Shown piece by piece: positions 12,601-21,063 of a DNA stretch of 64,000 bases. Position numbers and translations under genes: made by a program. The stretch is from positions 1 to 64,000 of the IMG/VR virus record IMGVR_UViG_3300032219_000848. One strand, written 5' to 3'. Origin of the DNA: a virus. Lineage: Duplodnaviria; Caudoviricetes. Each line of letters begins with the position of its first letter. The stretch's first letter is position 1. The notes under the pieces were generated by a model. It did no database searches, was not told the origin of the DNA, and saw only the letters and a program-made list of their open reading frames with translations.

Positions 12601-15600
12601 CCCCCTAAGCGTTTTAATAATGCTACGTATTCAGATTTATCTTTAGCTAATTCAACTAACTTTTGAACAAATGTATCCTGGTCTCTTACATTTTCAAAGT
12701 GACGTAACAATGTACCAAATGCTTGATTGAATGGAATAAGCTCATAGAACTTTGATCCAGCTTTTGTAAATGGAAGTACTTGTCCTTCTGCATTACGTAC
12801 TGTTCTTACAAGTGTACTAACTAATAATTTAACTGCAAATGGAGATGACTTCTTATAATCTACAGTAAATGCTTCTGCTGCATAGTCATTCTTATTTGAG
12901 TTCTCATCATTGATGTTTACAAAACTATCATTATCAAATTCAATTTTATATGATCTAATAAAGTCTTTAGTTTTACTAACCAATGCTGTCCATGTAGAAT
13001 TTGGTAAACCTTGATATAAAGGATTATTTTTAACTTCTTGTAAATATTCAGCAATATTTATTTTCTCAAAATTAAATAATGATTTGTTGTCTCTGAATAT
13101 TCTAAGGAATATACGAGCAGAAACGTCTTGAACAATATCATTTATTTGTTGTTGAGACAATCCAGGAATAGCACTGTATTTTTCAGATAGTCTGTTTCTT
13201 AAATCTGGATAAGATTTATAAGCAAACTGTCCTGTCTCAATAGCCTTGAATAAATCTTCTACCTTAGTACCCTTGTTAACAAATGATTTGAAAAAATCTA
13301 AGATGCCTCTGAAGAAGTCAAGGATTGTTTGTGATAAAGATTTAGCAGAAATTTTACCGAGTCTGAAGTCAGCAAATTCATCAGCAATCTTTTCTTCGAT
13401 TTGTAAATCAGTTGCATTATCATAGTCTACAGTTAATCCGCTTTGTCTATCTACAAATGATCCTGGTCTATTTTTAACCTCATCATATATCTCTTGCTTC
13501 TCTGCATCAGATAAGAAGCCATCAAATACATAGTGGAACGCTTCGTGATACCCTGTACCTTTTGGAGAATTCTTTACAATGTATGCTACGCCTTTTGCTA
13601 CTTTACCCCAAGCTCCTCTACCATCTTTTGTCTTTAACATATTGTCAAGAAAACGATATGGCATAGTTGGTAGATTTTTCTCAGCCCAGTTCTTGAACTC
13701 GTCCATATCATACTGAGTCATCTTTTCCATGTCCTCAGTGCCACTCACTACACTAAACAATCCTAAATCAGGATCATCTGCTGAATGATCTATTTTAACA
13801 TCTTCTGCAGGTGAAGCATCTTCTTGTTTGGTTGTTGCTTCTGTTGCTTTTTTAGCAACTCCTAGTTGATTTCTAATCAACATAGTAAAATATAAATTTA
13901 CTAACTTCTCATTAGATTGAGAGGCATCGTAAGAATTAAGTTTTAACAATATATTTTTAATTGCTTCAAACTTATCATTGTCTTTTGCAATTACAATAAT
14001 TGTTGGATCGTTTTCTGAAATAGAAACTATAGGAAGCCCATCTTTACCATAACTTAGTGTATACTTAACATTACCTGATGAGCTAGGGTATTCTCTAACC
14101 TCTTCAGATGTATTACTACCTTCAGTTGGTACTGGTTGTTTAACTGGTTCAGTTTTCTTTATTTCTTCTACAGGAAGTTCTAATTCTTGTAGAGTGACAT
14201 ACTTACGTGTATAGTTATATGGTACAGCAGTTGTCATCTTACTTACAGATGTTGTTACTGGAACAGACGTAATAGGTCTAGCAGCACCATCAGGAGTGGT
14301 TGATGATAACAAATAAGATTGATAGTTTTTCCAATCTCTAGATTTTATCTCACCATTTTCTGTGTAGAACTCTTTGAATGATTTACTTAATCCAGCTTTT
14401 AGAGTTTTGTTATTTACAGTGTGATATGTTGTTTTTAACTGATCAACAATTTCTTTTTCAAACTTATCTAACTTAGTTAAGTCATACACCTTCTCACCAA
14501 TATGTAAACTAGTTCCCCTTAAATATATTTTATTAGCACTAGTTACACTTTCTTTATCACTAAATAATAGAATGTTATTTAAGAATATTCTTTTGTTAGC
14601 ATCGAAAGTTACATTCTTACCTTCTGCTTGAGCAATTACTACATCTACTAATTCTTTGAATAAACCTAATACAGTTTTTGCCTGATCATCATTTAACGTA
14701 TTGTTGTTTACAATTTGTAAAAGATCATCATGTTGTATATAAGGTCTACCTTTTGGTACTTGATAGTTGACACCATCAGTGTGTGTAATTGAATCTTTTG
14801 TATTAACTAATAGTACTTGTTCTTTATTTACTATATTATCTGAAAGCAAATTCTGTGGTCCTCCAATTGTATTTACTTCAGGAGACTTCTCATTAATAAT
14901 TGGTTTACCTTTAGAAATAACAAAATTAAATTTTAAAACTTTATCAGGTTTTCCAAATAATGTTGCACGATAATTTTCCCAAGCTTTCATGTAAGCTTTT
15001 GCTTCAGCTTGTTGACTCTCTCTTGTTCTAGGGAATCCACCAACAGTTAATGAAACAGTGGGCATATCAGCCATTACAATCTTATTCAGATCAACTTGCT
15101 CACCCACTTTACCAATTACATTACCATCCTGATCAATAAAAGATTGTTTACCGTTCTTATCAACTTGAACAAATACAATCATTACATTACCTTCCTTTAG
15201 GTCTGTAACTTTCTTCAATGCATCTCCTTTAAATTCACCTGCTTTTTTATTCCAAGCCATTTCTATAGCACCATCCAATCCCAATGCTTTCTGTTGATTG
15301 TATGTAAACATCACTGCTTGTAACTTCGCTCTATTTTTGAAGTTTCTAGCACGGTTCATGAACGCATTAAATCTTACAACATATGCTGGAGGATTAGGAT
15401 TGTCTTCTACCTTTTTAGTAGATGTACTAATGAATGCTTTATCTGCATCTTTTAAGTTAGGCTCTGAGCTAGAAAACTTCACAATAGATTCAACTGTAGA
15501 ATCTTCCGTAGGAGCATCTTCAGTATCTATAGTTGCTTCCTTCTGAATCTTTTCAAGTTCACCTTTCTTTGATTCAAGAAGTGCCTTTTTACGTATAGAT

Positions 15601-18404
15601 TCTTCTATTTCTTTTCTATACTCTTCTAGCTCACCTGATAACTCAGCTTCAATATCATCAACTAATTTTTGATTATCTAATGAGTTAAGATGATCAAGTG
15701 CAGATGTGCCTTCAGGAACATCTATCTTTGCTTTCTTTAAATACTTCTTTACTACTTTATCTACAACTTCATTTACATCATCATCCACTACTTGTTGATC
15801 AGTAATCTTGTAGTCTTTGAATTCTTCAGGTTTTAAGAAAGTGATTGTACCATTAGGAAGTTTTACTTCATACTCACCACCTAATGTTTTAGATAACACT
15901 GTAATTTTTGGAGAAGGTGTTAATGTATTACCTTCTCTAGATAAAGGTTCAGCTAAGTAATAGTCTTTACCAATTTCTAATTCTGCTGATATTGTACGAG
16001 GCTTTCCTGCTTTTGTTAATTCAGGACTAAGTTGTTTAATTTTTACAACTTTAGAATCTTCAATCTCATCAGGAGTTTCATATTGTTCAGGATCATCCAT
16101 AATCCCTTTAACATCATCTATGTAGTTTTTTCTACGAACAGTCATCTCAATAGAATCAGATAATTTAGTTTTTAAATTATCTTTAACTAATTGAGTGGTA
16201 TCCATATTATCAATTATCTCATCAATGGAGTTGATTGTTTCTAATGATTCTTTGGTTGCAGTTTTTCTATTTTTATTAGTATTAACTACTGTATCTAATG
16301 CTTCACCTACAGGAACGCCTTCTCTTAATAGTTCAGCACTTACTTTATTGATACGTCCATCGTAATCTGCAATCTTAGATTGTGCATATGCAATAGCTTC
16401 TATAGCACCTTGTCCATATTTTTTAATAGGTTTACCTTCTTCATTCAATACTGTATTTCCATCTTTATCAGTTTGAGTGATACCACTCAGAGCCATGTAT
16501 GAAGCATTATAAATTGTTTCTGTATTCTTAGCAACCTTTTCAAAGTTATCTAATCTTCTACCAAATGATTCTATATCATCATTAATGTTACCAATACCTT
16601 GTTCTTTTAAAGAAGCTAATCCTTCAGATGTAGATGACATTCTTCTAAGATCAGCAAGATCATCCATAAGTAAATCAAATCGACCATACTTAATGCGAGG
16701 CATTAAATAGTTATGCATTTGATCAGCTTCAGTATCACGTGCTTCTAATTCATTACCAGATAATATATGTTTTTGATGTAATTCATTTAATATAATTGCA
16801 CGATTTGTAGAGTTGATTCTATCCTTTAACGCATTCTTGAATTCAGGAGCATTATTTAATTTTTCTAAAAATGATACAGTGCTCTTTTCTTTTTCAGAAG
16901 CTTCTACATATTTACCACGAGCTTGCATTAGTCCTCCTGACAATCCACCCAGTATCATACTCTCTATTCCTTCCTTGCTACCAAGTTGCTCAAAGCCATT
17001 AACTACACCATCAACCCAAGCATCTGCATCTTTTGTATGATATGCCTTATTAAAATAATTAGTAACTCCTTCACCTGTTACATATTGTAATCCCTCTTGA
17101 GCCATCTCTTTAGGATCAAATACATAACCTGCACCTTTATATATATTTGACGCATATCTACCAAGTTTACTTGTAGGTGCTCCTTTAGCAATCCATTTAC
17201 CAGCTGCATCTTTTGCTACATCTCCTGCTTCACCAAACATAGCAAGTGCGGTGTTACGAGAATTTTTATAGCTAGATCCTAATTGATATGGAAGTTGTAA
17301 GTTTTCTGTAAAAGCTAATACAGCTAGGTTAGCAAGAAATGCTGTATTCCCTGCATCTGCAGCAGTTCCTTCTATTTTTGCTAAGTCATCTCCTGCTGGT
17401 TCCATACCATCGTTAGCTGCCTTATATTCATTTATTAATGTTTCTCTAATTTTATTACCTGTTTGCAATGCTTCAAACGCAGCCTCTCCTTGAGTAGACA
17501 AAGTAGAAATTGCAGTTCTTCTAGCATAATCATTTATCTTATTAAATGATAATGCACTCTTTGCTAAACCAAGAGTTGCTTCTTCCACTTCAGCTAAATT
17601 ACTTACTCCTTTTGCTAATATCTCATATGCCTTTGCGTTTTCACTAACGCTCATTGCACGAGAACTTGCTTTTAATAGTGGAGTAAACACTTTACTAAAT
17701 GCACTATTTGATTCAGCAAGTGTTGCAGCTCCACGAGCAGCTGCAGATCCTAATTTACCAAACGTTCCAAGTATTGCAGCGTTAGCAATATTACCACTAT
17801 ACATTGCACCAATTGCAAAACCAGCATTCTTAATAAACTTATCAGCTAAGAAATTTGTAGTGAGCCAGTTATCTGTAGAATACCATTTAGCATTCTTCTC
17901 TATGTCTTTATAATAGTTTGGAAGTAATTCTTGATCAACATAATTATTCCATTTATCAAGACCTTGCATCACTGGGTTATTCCAGATTGTAGAAAGTTTA
18001 CCTGTACCTAATGCAGCAACAGCTCCACCTAATGTACCAAATGTACCAACTACGGTTGTAGCTGCTAGATTAACTCCTTTTAGTACACCATTCTTAACTT
18101 GATCAAATCCAGATTGACCATATGCAGCAAAGTCTTCCTGACTAGGAAGAGTAGGATTATAAGTTTTGTATCTTTTGTTTGCTGCTAATTCCGAACTTGT
18201 TACAAAAGTTCCTGCAAGATTTGGATCAGACTTACTAGTGTAATGACTAATCAAATCAAATACACTAGTTGAATGAGATAAGTCTGGCGTAGCTGTTCTA
18301 GGATTAATAAAATCAGATACAGCTCTAACGTTTGTAGATGGACTTAAATCAGGAGAAGACTCATTAACTGTGGATGGGTTTAGGTCTTTATCAAAATCAG
18401 GCAT
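6684..18404 (-). CDS. Giant virion-packaged RNA polymerase polyprotein (crAss-like vRNAP) with zincin domain
   Basis: 3906 aa. GFRIP...GSDFDIDKL (DFDID at 9477-9491) is the catalytic motif of crAss-like virion RNAPs such as phi14:2 gp66. GYHEAFH...EEKIADEF zincin motif at 13533-13547. Ala/Gly-rich hydrophobic N-terminal region. Confidence 0.9.
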   Translation of the reverse strand: MPDFDKDLNPSTVNESSPDLSPSTNVRAVSDFINPRTATPDLSHSTSVFDLISHYTSKSDPNLAGTFVTSSELAANKRYKTYNPTLPSQEDFAAYGQSGFDQVKNGVLKGVNLAATTVVGTFGTLGGAVAALGTGKLSTIWNNPVMQGLDKWNNYVDQELLPNYYKDIEKNAKWYSTDNWLTTNFLADKFIKNAGFAIGAMYSGNIANAAILGTFGKLGSAAARGAATLAESNSAFSKVFTPLLKASSRAMSVSENAKAYEILAKGVSNLAEVEEATLGLAKSALSFNKINDYARRTAISTLSTQGEAAFEALQTGNKIRETLINEYKAANDGMEPAGDDLAKIEGTAADAGNTAFLANLAVLAFTENLQLPYQLGSSYKNSRNTALAMFGEAGDVAKDAAGKWIAKGAPTSKLGRYASNIYKGAGYVFDPKEMAQEGLQYVTGEGVTNYFNKAYHTKDADAWVDGVVNGFEQLGSKEGIESMILGGLSGGLMQARGKYVEASEKEKSTVSFLEKLNNAPEFKNALKDRINSTNRAIILNELHQKHILSGNELEARDTEADQMHNYLMPRIKYGRFDLLMDDLADLRRMSSTSEGLASLKEQGIGNINDDIESFGRRLDNFEKVAKNTETIYNASYMALSGITQTDKDGNTVLNEEGKPIKKYGQGAIEAIAYAQSKIADYDGRINKVSAELLREGVPVGEALDTVVNTNKNRKTATKESLETINSIDEIIDNMDTTQLVKDNLKTKLSDSIEMTVRRKNYIDDVKGIMDDPEQYETPDEIEDSKVVKIKQLSPELTKAGKPRTISAELEIGKDYYLAEPLSREGNTLTPSPKITVLSKTLGGEYEVKLPNGTITFLKPEEFKDYKITDQQVVDDDVNEVVDKVVKKYLKKAKIDVPEGTSALDHLNSLDNQKLVDDIEAELSGELEEYRKEIEESIRKKALLESKKGELEKIQKEATIDTEDAPTEDSTVESIVKFSSSEPNLKDADKAFISTSTKKVEDNPNPPAYVVRFNAFMNRARNFKNRAKLQAVMFTYNQQKALGLDGAIEMAWNKKAGEFKGDALKKVTDLKEGNVMIVFVQVDKNGKQSFIDQDGNVIGKVGEQVDLNKIVMADMPTVSLTVGGFPRTRESQQAEAKAYMKAWENYRATLFGKPDKVLKFNFVISKGKPIINEKSPEVNTIGGPQNLLSDNIVNKEQVLLVNTKDSITHTDGVNYQVPKGRPYIQHDDLLQIVNNNTLNDDQAKTVLGLFKELVDVVIAQAEGKNVTFDANKRIFLNNILLFSDKESVTSANKIYLRGTSLHIGEKVYDLTKLDKFEKEIVDQLKTTYHTVNNKTLKAGLSKSFKEFYTENGEIKSRDWKNYQSYLLSSTTPDGAARPITSVPVTTSVSKMTTAVPYNYTRKYVTLQELELPVEEIKKTEPVKQPVPTEGSNTSEEVREYPSSSGNVKYTLSYGKDGLPIVSISENDPTIIVIAKDNDKFEAIKNILLKLNSYDASQSNEKLVNLYFTMLIRNQLGVAKKATEATTKQEDASPAEDVKIDHSADDPDLGLFSVVSGTEDMEKMTQYDMDEFKNWAEKNLPTMPYRFLDNMLKTKDGRGAWGKVAKGVAYIVKNSPKGTGYHEAFHYVFDGFLSDAEKQEIYDEVKNRPGSFVDRQSGLTVDYDNATDLQIEEKIADEFADFRLGKISAKSLSQTILDFFRGILDFFKSFVNKGTKVEDLFKAIETGQFAYKSYPDLRNRLSEKYSAIPGLSQQQINDIVQDVSARIFLRIFRDNKSLFNFEKINIAEYLQEVKNNPLYQGLPNSTWTALVSKTKDFIRSYKIEFDNDSFVNINDENSNKNDYAAEAFTVDYKKSSPFAVKLLVSTLVRTVRNAEGQVLPFTKAGSKFYELIPFNQAFGTLLRHFENVRDQDTFVQKLVELAKDKSEYVALLKRLGGSVETGGINFASYDAYDWRLFINTFLVFTKQRPDAIKQFTKGNEVHIGSAVQVGSIKDIKDDWYNNIILMASVPNSLIKKEQGGYVINKEDIEKVSVKNFNDQLNFLNRVLNISFGLTNYNRLNIKQKKDFATAVGNIKLGLTSAKISKVRSIRSKQLDIDTGVKELARLFALSTSRLNSTSLVNVNGDQRQEFSEANAPSYFESVFNSVNNLDELLQEMPQLNDTFSAHSDILKKGGLFFDEDGDRTGELLRVQYIDGIEDELNKKGTTTASLKEGQRLTVEINQNIAGSYYILIPADSSTEWMMNVGNRIDYEKFKDGRTGVEESLPMFHGYLIDEINLARDWKNRSKLRNVGDKAKELRWFKGVLPESILEYINTEMIPADSITDDEIQKYIDANAEAINKSIVNYLNETKEEVKKLLMDNNEITYLEKQGKYSYPGLVDNFFKNKLRITEADLNNLLTFVNTNYVLNNIEYHKILFGDPAQFAVKEGILDETKRIKSFLSQRRKTFNSVEYNNFLNNRSDFNTADGIALTDKDYGYHEAKDYLRTITANDVNLVSPFANIDPAYAKVNETDASSWIAPTAWREIKMKNGQWSDEAEAFHQWEMAFTRQNFPGYKYNNTELQAHDIQLMNKRRPHYIIDILKPVVSGNKYGKNNIDLVLDKFSQVPIYYSAVKGTNLASLYKQMFDNKVDYVVVISGRKVGAESLHELYNKDGSFNDAAMTDFIDVPWSAYGIQVENSYEKAKLQTRGSQLNKLATVDLYSEGTPIGDTPERQEEIENLVKKNTKDLANLVNQGYVNLLNKLGLEDIGGSYAIVDNSNVAKILRETMLSQQMSMNALDSLALDENGRFVIPFEASTNYSEIKNILYSLVNKSIVSPKMNGFSGVQVSAAMWEKALEGRVLLEKYTTVVNGEEVTRYREISREAYEALSDKDKGNVSFGSKTLKFYEDEEGKRHCEILLPNWIKSKFDRDKFKTDEEILAYLQSADGGKILRGIGFRIPTDALNKVEVFEIKGFLPDYMGRSVVVPSEITTKAGSDFDIDKLNMYLRSIYKDVDGDVRLVKLRGTADQTVEEREEQTKNYFRKVFDDTIKGEIERLSKYDNFRNELVSIFSKLEGLQQLYGAADVTSLNENDQQFYAVHENLLSQIIDQATDAELMPSQYILAQIETIGDVKDNLFADILASKTRSEYVNRMYAASLENEYYDSLEALLTLPENFKRLTNPNTDSTLKGLAKEIDQLEGVDESDIINPLTRRSFMSFTRHAFTLAKKWVGIAAVNITGNSLYQKTKVYVKDSSTTLFLPHNTVEINGQKHISLSNLYKVGEDQEGTKQYVSDKLSEYANAFVDVSKDPYILKLIYSDRIVGSFMFLERAGVPTDTITYFMNQPIIKDYIKYLDTTKKSLSAISLKENTDYIKKNFGTNNINLTKANTLLTGLSSVDKLKDLNELLKNAIKNKKSLSALDNAVQHAVLDQFVKIVDLANSNFKISQAVNYDTTNFKNANEFDRKNALRDVAKEENLIDGIDGILKSSFISPMINALDKATKALGEYLVFNKDEFRSMLKDLLKYYATNQYIGADRFVKIAEKATASLLDYIIYTKGEELNLKDLLVDKDSVFDRVVKFKELHPDVKMLDKLSYAFNENEKNPTKTIKLTSKIDNAFDENILTGYMREMRNHPDVEVVKLYNDIVKVAITQGSVTTPSSLKKIIPVEDYSRMIAPVINNLVYDEDIKNFAKANWFQKNNFNDPDVVPVYSPTFWGAMRLQDGTTTFVDRREEAYSFISAQDEEISVYRSPSVLINEKLGSTYENKKLIKVGVSANIKGSGASVIVIPRIFSKMLGEGKNKRLTDIDFITGQTLPPLRRAALEATEGKATEIKYGYELVMNGEKPMYHYDDNGNPYYIYKAINLYGDPGLAVEYSLFEGKSVLDNNTRKLEIDEIIPTKDIINEYYDDRFDFGIADDRDYKTGSLETDNLKCE

Positions 18405-18416
18405 ACTGTATTCTGT

Positions 18417-20975
18417 TTATAAATTCTTTATACGTTGTTTTACTTCTTTACTAACATTAGGATTTGCTAGATACAACTCTTTTATTTGTTTATCATTTAT
18501 TTGATTCATGAATTGAGTAGCAGTGGATGCATCAAACCTTCCTGGAACTCGAAGAGGAACAATATCCCCACCACCTAAATTTAAATTCATATCAATATAT
18601 TGTATGCCAGAAGGAGACATACCTTCAGCATAATATTGAGTTTTTAAATCAGCTCCAATATTTAAACTTCTAACATTAGGAAGTGTATTTTTTGAGAAAT
18701 ATGAATCTTCAAAACTTTCAGTAGGGTTAGTACTGTAGTTACCATTTGCTGATTGAATAGCACCTATTTGCTGAGCAACATCTACAGTTTGTGATTGTTG
18801 TTGTAATATAGGAATCTTAGCTGCAAGTTTCTCACTAACTGGTACTATATATTTTTTAGTTCCGTCATTAACAACAATTGATTTCTCACCACCATAGTTT
18901 AAAAAACCATATGTTAATTTACCAGCATCTCCAGAATGAATCTTTGCATTTAATTCTCTTGCATCATCTGCACTCATTTGAGATGTACCACCTTTCACTC
19001 CCATGTTTTCAAAATCAAATCTAGCTAAAGCAACACCTACCATATTTTTATATGTTTCGTTTGCTTCTGGAGTAGCTGTATTTACAACAGTGTATTGTGG
19101 TAAATATTCTCCACCTCTTCTACCCATCTCAGCATTTACCTCATTATCAAATTGTTTTAATTTATCTTTATATTTTGAATATGCTTCTTGATATGAGCCT
19201 AATCTATTTTTTACAGCTGATGGACCTCCTTTATAAAGACTATTTGCTAATATTCTTTCTCTACTACTCATTTTTGAAAAATCTAATTGAATAAGAGGAT
19301 GAACTCCTGCTCCTGCAGATTTAGAAGGTAATTGATCAACTTGGTCAGAATATTTTTTAGTGAAGTCCATTAACTCTTTTGGAGTGTAATGTAGTTTTTG
19401 TCCACTAGTTGTATTAACGTTCATACCATTCCATCCCATGTCTCCTTCAGCAATGTATGCATCCAAATTAAACTCTGGATGTTTTTTCTTTACATCGGTC
19501 TCTATACGTGTTTTTAAATTTTCTTGAATCTTCTTCTGCTTACGTGCTTCAATTACATTATTAATTAATGTAGCATTTTCACCAGATACTTTTTCAGGGT
19601 TGTTTAAATAGTTCTTTATTGCAACTTCAGGATCAACACCTGTTACTTTCTTTAATAACGCTTCGTTCTGAGATATAGAAGAATCAAGTCCTGTAATTTT
19701 ATCATTTACTATTTGAGAAGGTGTTTTTAATTGTTCAGTTTTATCTCCAAACTCATCTGTAAATCCACTAAGTGCTCCAAAGTATTTCTTATTTTCTACT
19801 TCTTTTTCAAATAAAATTTTCTCATCAGCTTGTCTTTCACTTACAAGATTATGTCTTCTTGATTCTGCTTGACCTTGTGCTGTTAAATTAATACGCTCTC
19901 TTTCAAATTGTGCTTGAAGAGCAGGGTTATCAATTAACTGCTCTATCTTTTTTTCCCAAGAAAAACCATCTGCAAATTCAGATAATGCAGCATTTTTATA
20001 AATATTTGTTTTAGCTCTTTTTGGATCAGCTTCTGATAACTTTAAATTATAAATTAAATCGTTTTTTAATTGTATTTTCTGATCAGTTAATTCTTTAACA
20101 CTTTGATCAACCTTCATGCTAAGGTTAGGATCATTACCATTTATTTTTGAATATCCTTGTATTGCAGAAATACGCTTATCTATTTGTTTAACTGCATTAT
20201 CATAATTTAATGTAAAATGATTTTTTAAATCTTCTCCATCAACATCTTTGAATTTATAATTAGCATCTATTCTTAATTGGTTTTCAATCTCAGGAGTTAA
20301 TGTTGCTTTTAATGCATTTTGAATTTGAGTAGAGGATACTCCTTCTGTAGAAACTCTAGTCATTGCTGCTGCTAGTTTACCTGTCTGCACCTTACCTTTA
20401 GCATCTATAAATTGCTCAAAAGGGAAATCTTGTGATTTTAAACCAGGTTTAATTTTATCTAGTGTATCTTGCCAAGATTTATTATAGTTTACATAGTTAG
20501 AATATCTACCATTAAAAGATTCACCAGCTTGTCTCCCTTCTTTCCACGCCCTAGATTGCTCATCAAAATCATAATTATTTTGAACTGCTCCTTTCCCATC
20601 ATCATATTCTTTTAACATGCGAGCATGTTCTTTTTTATAATTAGCAGTTGATATAACAGAGTTTTGAATGTTAGTATCTTTAATAATCTGACTAGTCATT
20701 CCTCCAACAGAATTAACTAATTGTTGATTAGAGAAATCTCCAGCAGCAACTGTTTTAAGTTTATTACCTAATTGACCAAGTTTAGATTGAAGATATTGTT
20801 TATCTACATCTCTATATATATCTAATCCAGCTACATTATCAATATAGCTTTGAACTTTTTGAACACCTTGATCGTATTGGGCTTGCTTCTGCATACCAAC
20901 CTTACCCATCAACTCAACTGGAAGTTGTTGGACGTAAGGGTTAAATTGAGCAATCGCATCTGTAAAACTTGCCAT
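18417..20975 (-). CDS. Virion cargo/internal protein
   Basis: 852 aa, helical composition, N-terminal FNPYVQQLP; sits directly upstream of the vRNAP gene as in Crassvirales cargo clusters. Confidence 0.6.
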   Translation of the reverse strand: MASFTDAIAQFNPYVQQLPVELMGKVGMQKQAQYDQGVQKVQSYIDNVAGLDIYRDVDKQYLQSKLGQLGNKLKTVAAGDFSNQQLVNSVGGMTSQIIKDTNIQNSVISTANYKKEHARMLKEYDDGKGAVQNNYDFDEQSRAWKEGRQAGESFNGRYSNYVNYNKSWQDTLDKIKPGLKSQDFPFEQFIDAKGKVQTGKLAAAMTRVSTEGVSSTQIQNALKATLTPEIENQLRIDANYKFKDVDGEDLKNHFTLNYDNAVKQIDKRISAIQGYSKINGNDPNLSMKVDQSVKELTDQKIQLKNDLIYNLKLSEADPKRAKTNIYKNAALSEFADGFSWEKKIEQLIDNPALQAQFERERINLTAQGQAESRRHNLVSERQADEKILFEKEVENKKYFGALSGFTDEFGDKTEQLKTPSQIVNDKITGLDSSISQNEALLKKVTGVDPEVAIKNYLNNPEKVSGENATLINNVIEARKQKKIQENLKTRIETDVKKKHPEFNLDAYIAEGDMGWNGMNVNTTSGQKLHYTPKELMDFTKKYSDQVDQLPSKSAGAGVHPLIQLDFSKMSSRERILANSLYKGGPSAVKNRLGSYQEAYSKYKDKLKQFDNEVNAEMGRRGGEYLPQYTVVNTATPEANETYKNMVGVALARFDFENMGVKGGTSQMSADDARELNAKIHSGDAGKLTYGFLNYGGEKSIVVNDGTKKYIVPVSEKLAAKIPILQQQSQTVDVAQQIGAIQSANGNYSTNPTESFEDSYFSKNTLPNVRSLNIGADLKTQYYAEGMSPSGIQYIDMNLNLGGGDIVPLRVPGRFDASTATQFMNQINDKQIKELYLANPNVSKEVKQRIKNL

Positions 20976-20991
20976 AGGATAGTATAATTAA

Positions 20992-21022
20992 CAAATATAA
21001 TTTAAAATATTACATATACAAA
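20992..21022 (-). promoter_or_regulatory. Bacteroidetes primary-sigma promoter (-33 TTTG / -7 TATATTTG)
   Basis: Minus strand TTTG (21022-21019)-N19-TATATTTG (20999-20992), 16 nt upstream of the ATG at 20975; matches the TTTG/TAnnTTTG consensus. Confidence 0.75.
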
Positions 21023-21063
21023 GAAGACTAACAAAAGTTAGTAATCTTGTATAACTAGTTTGA

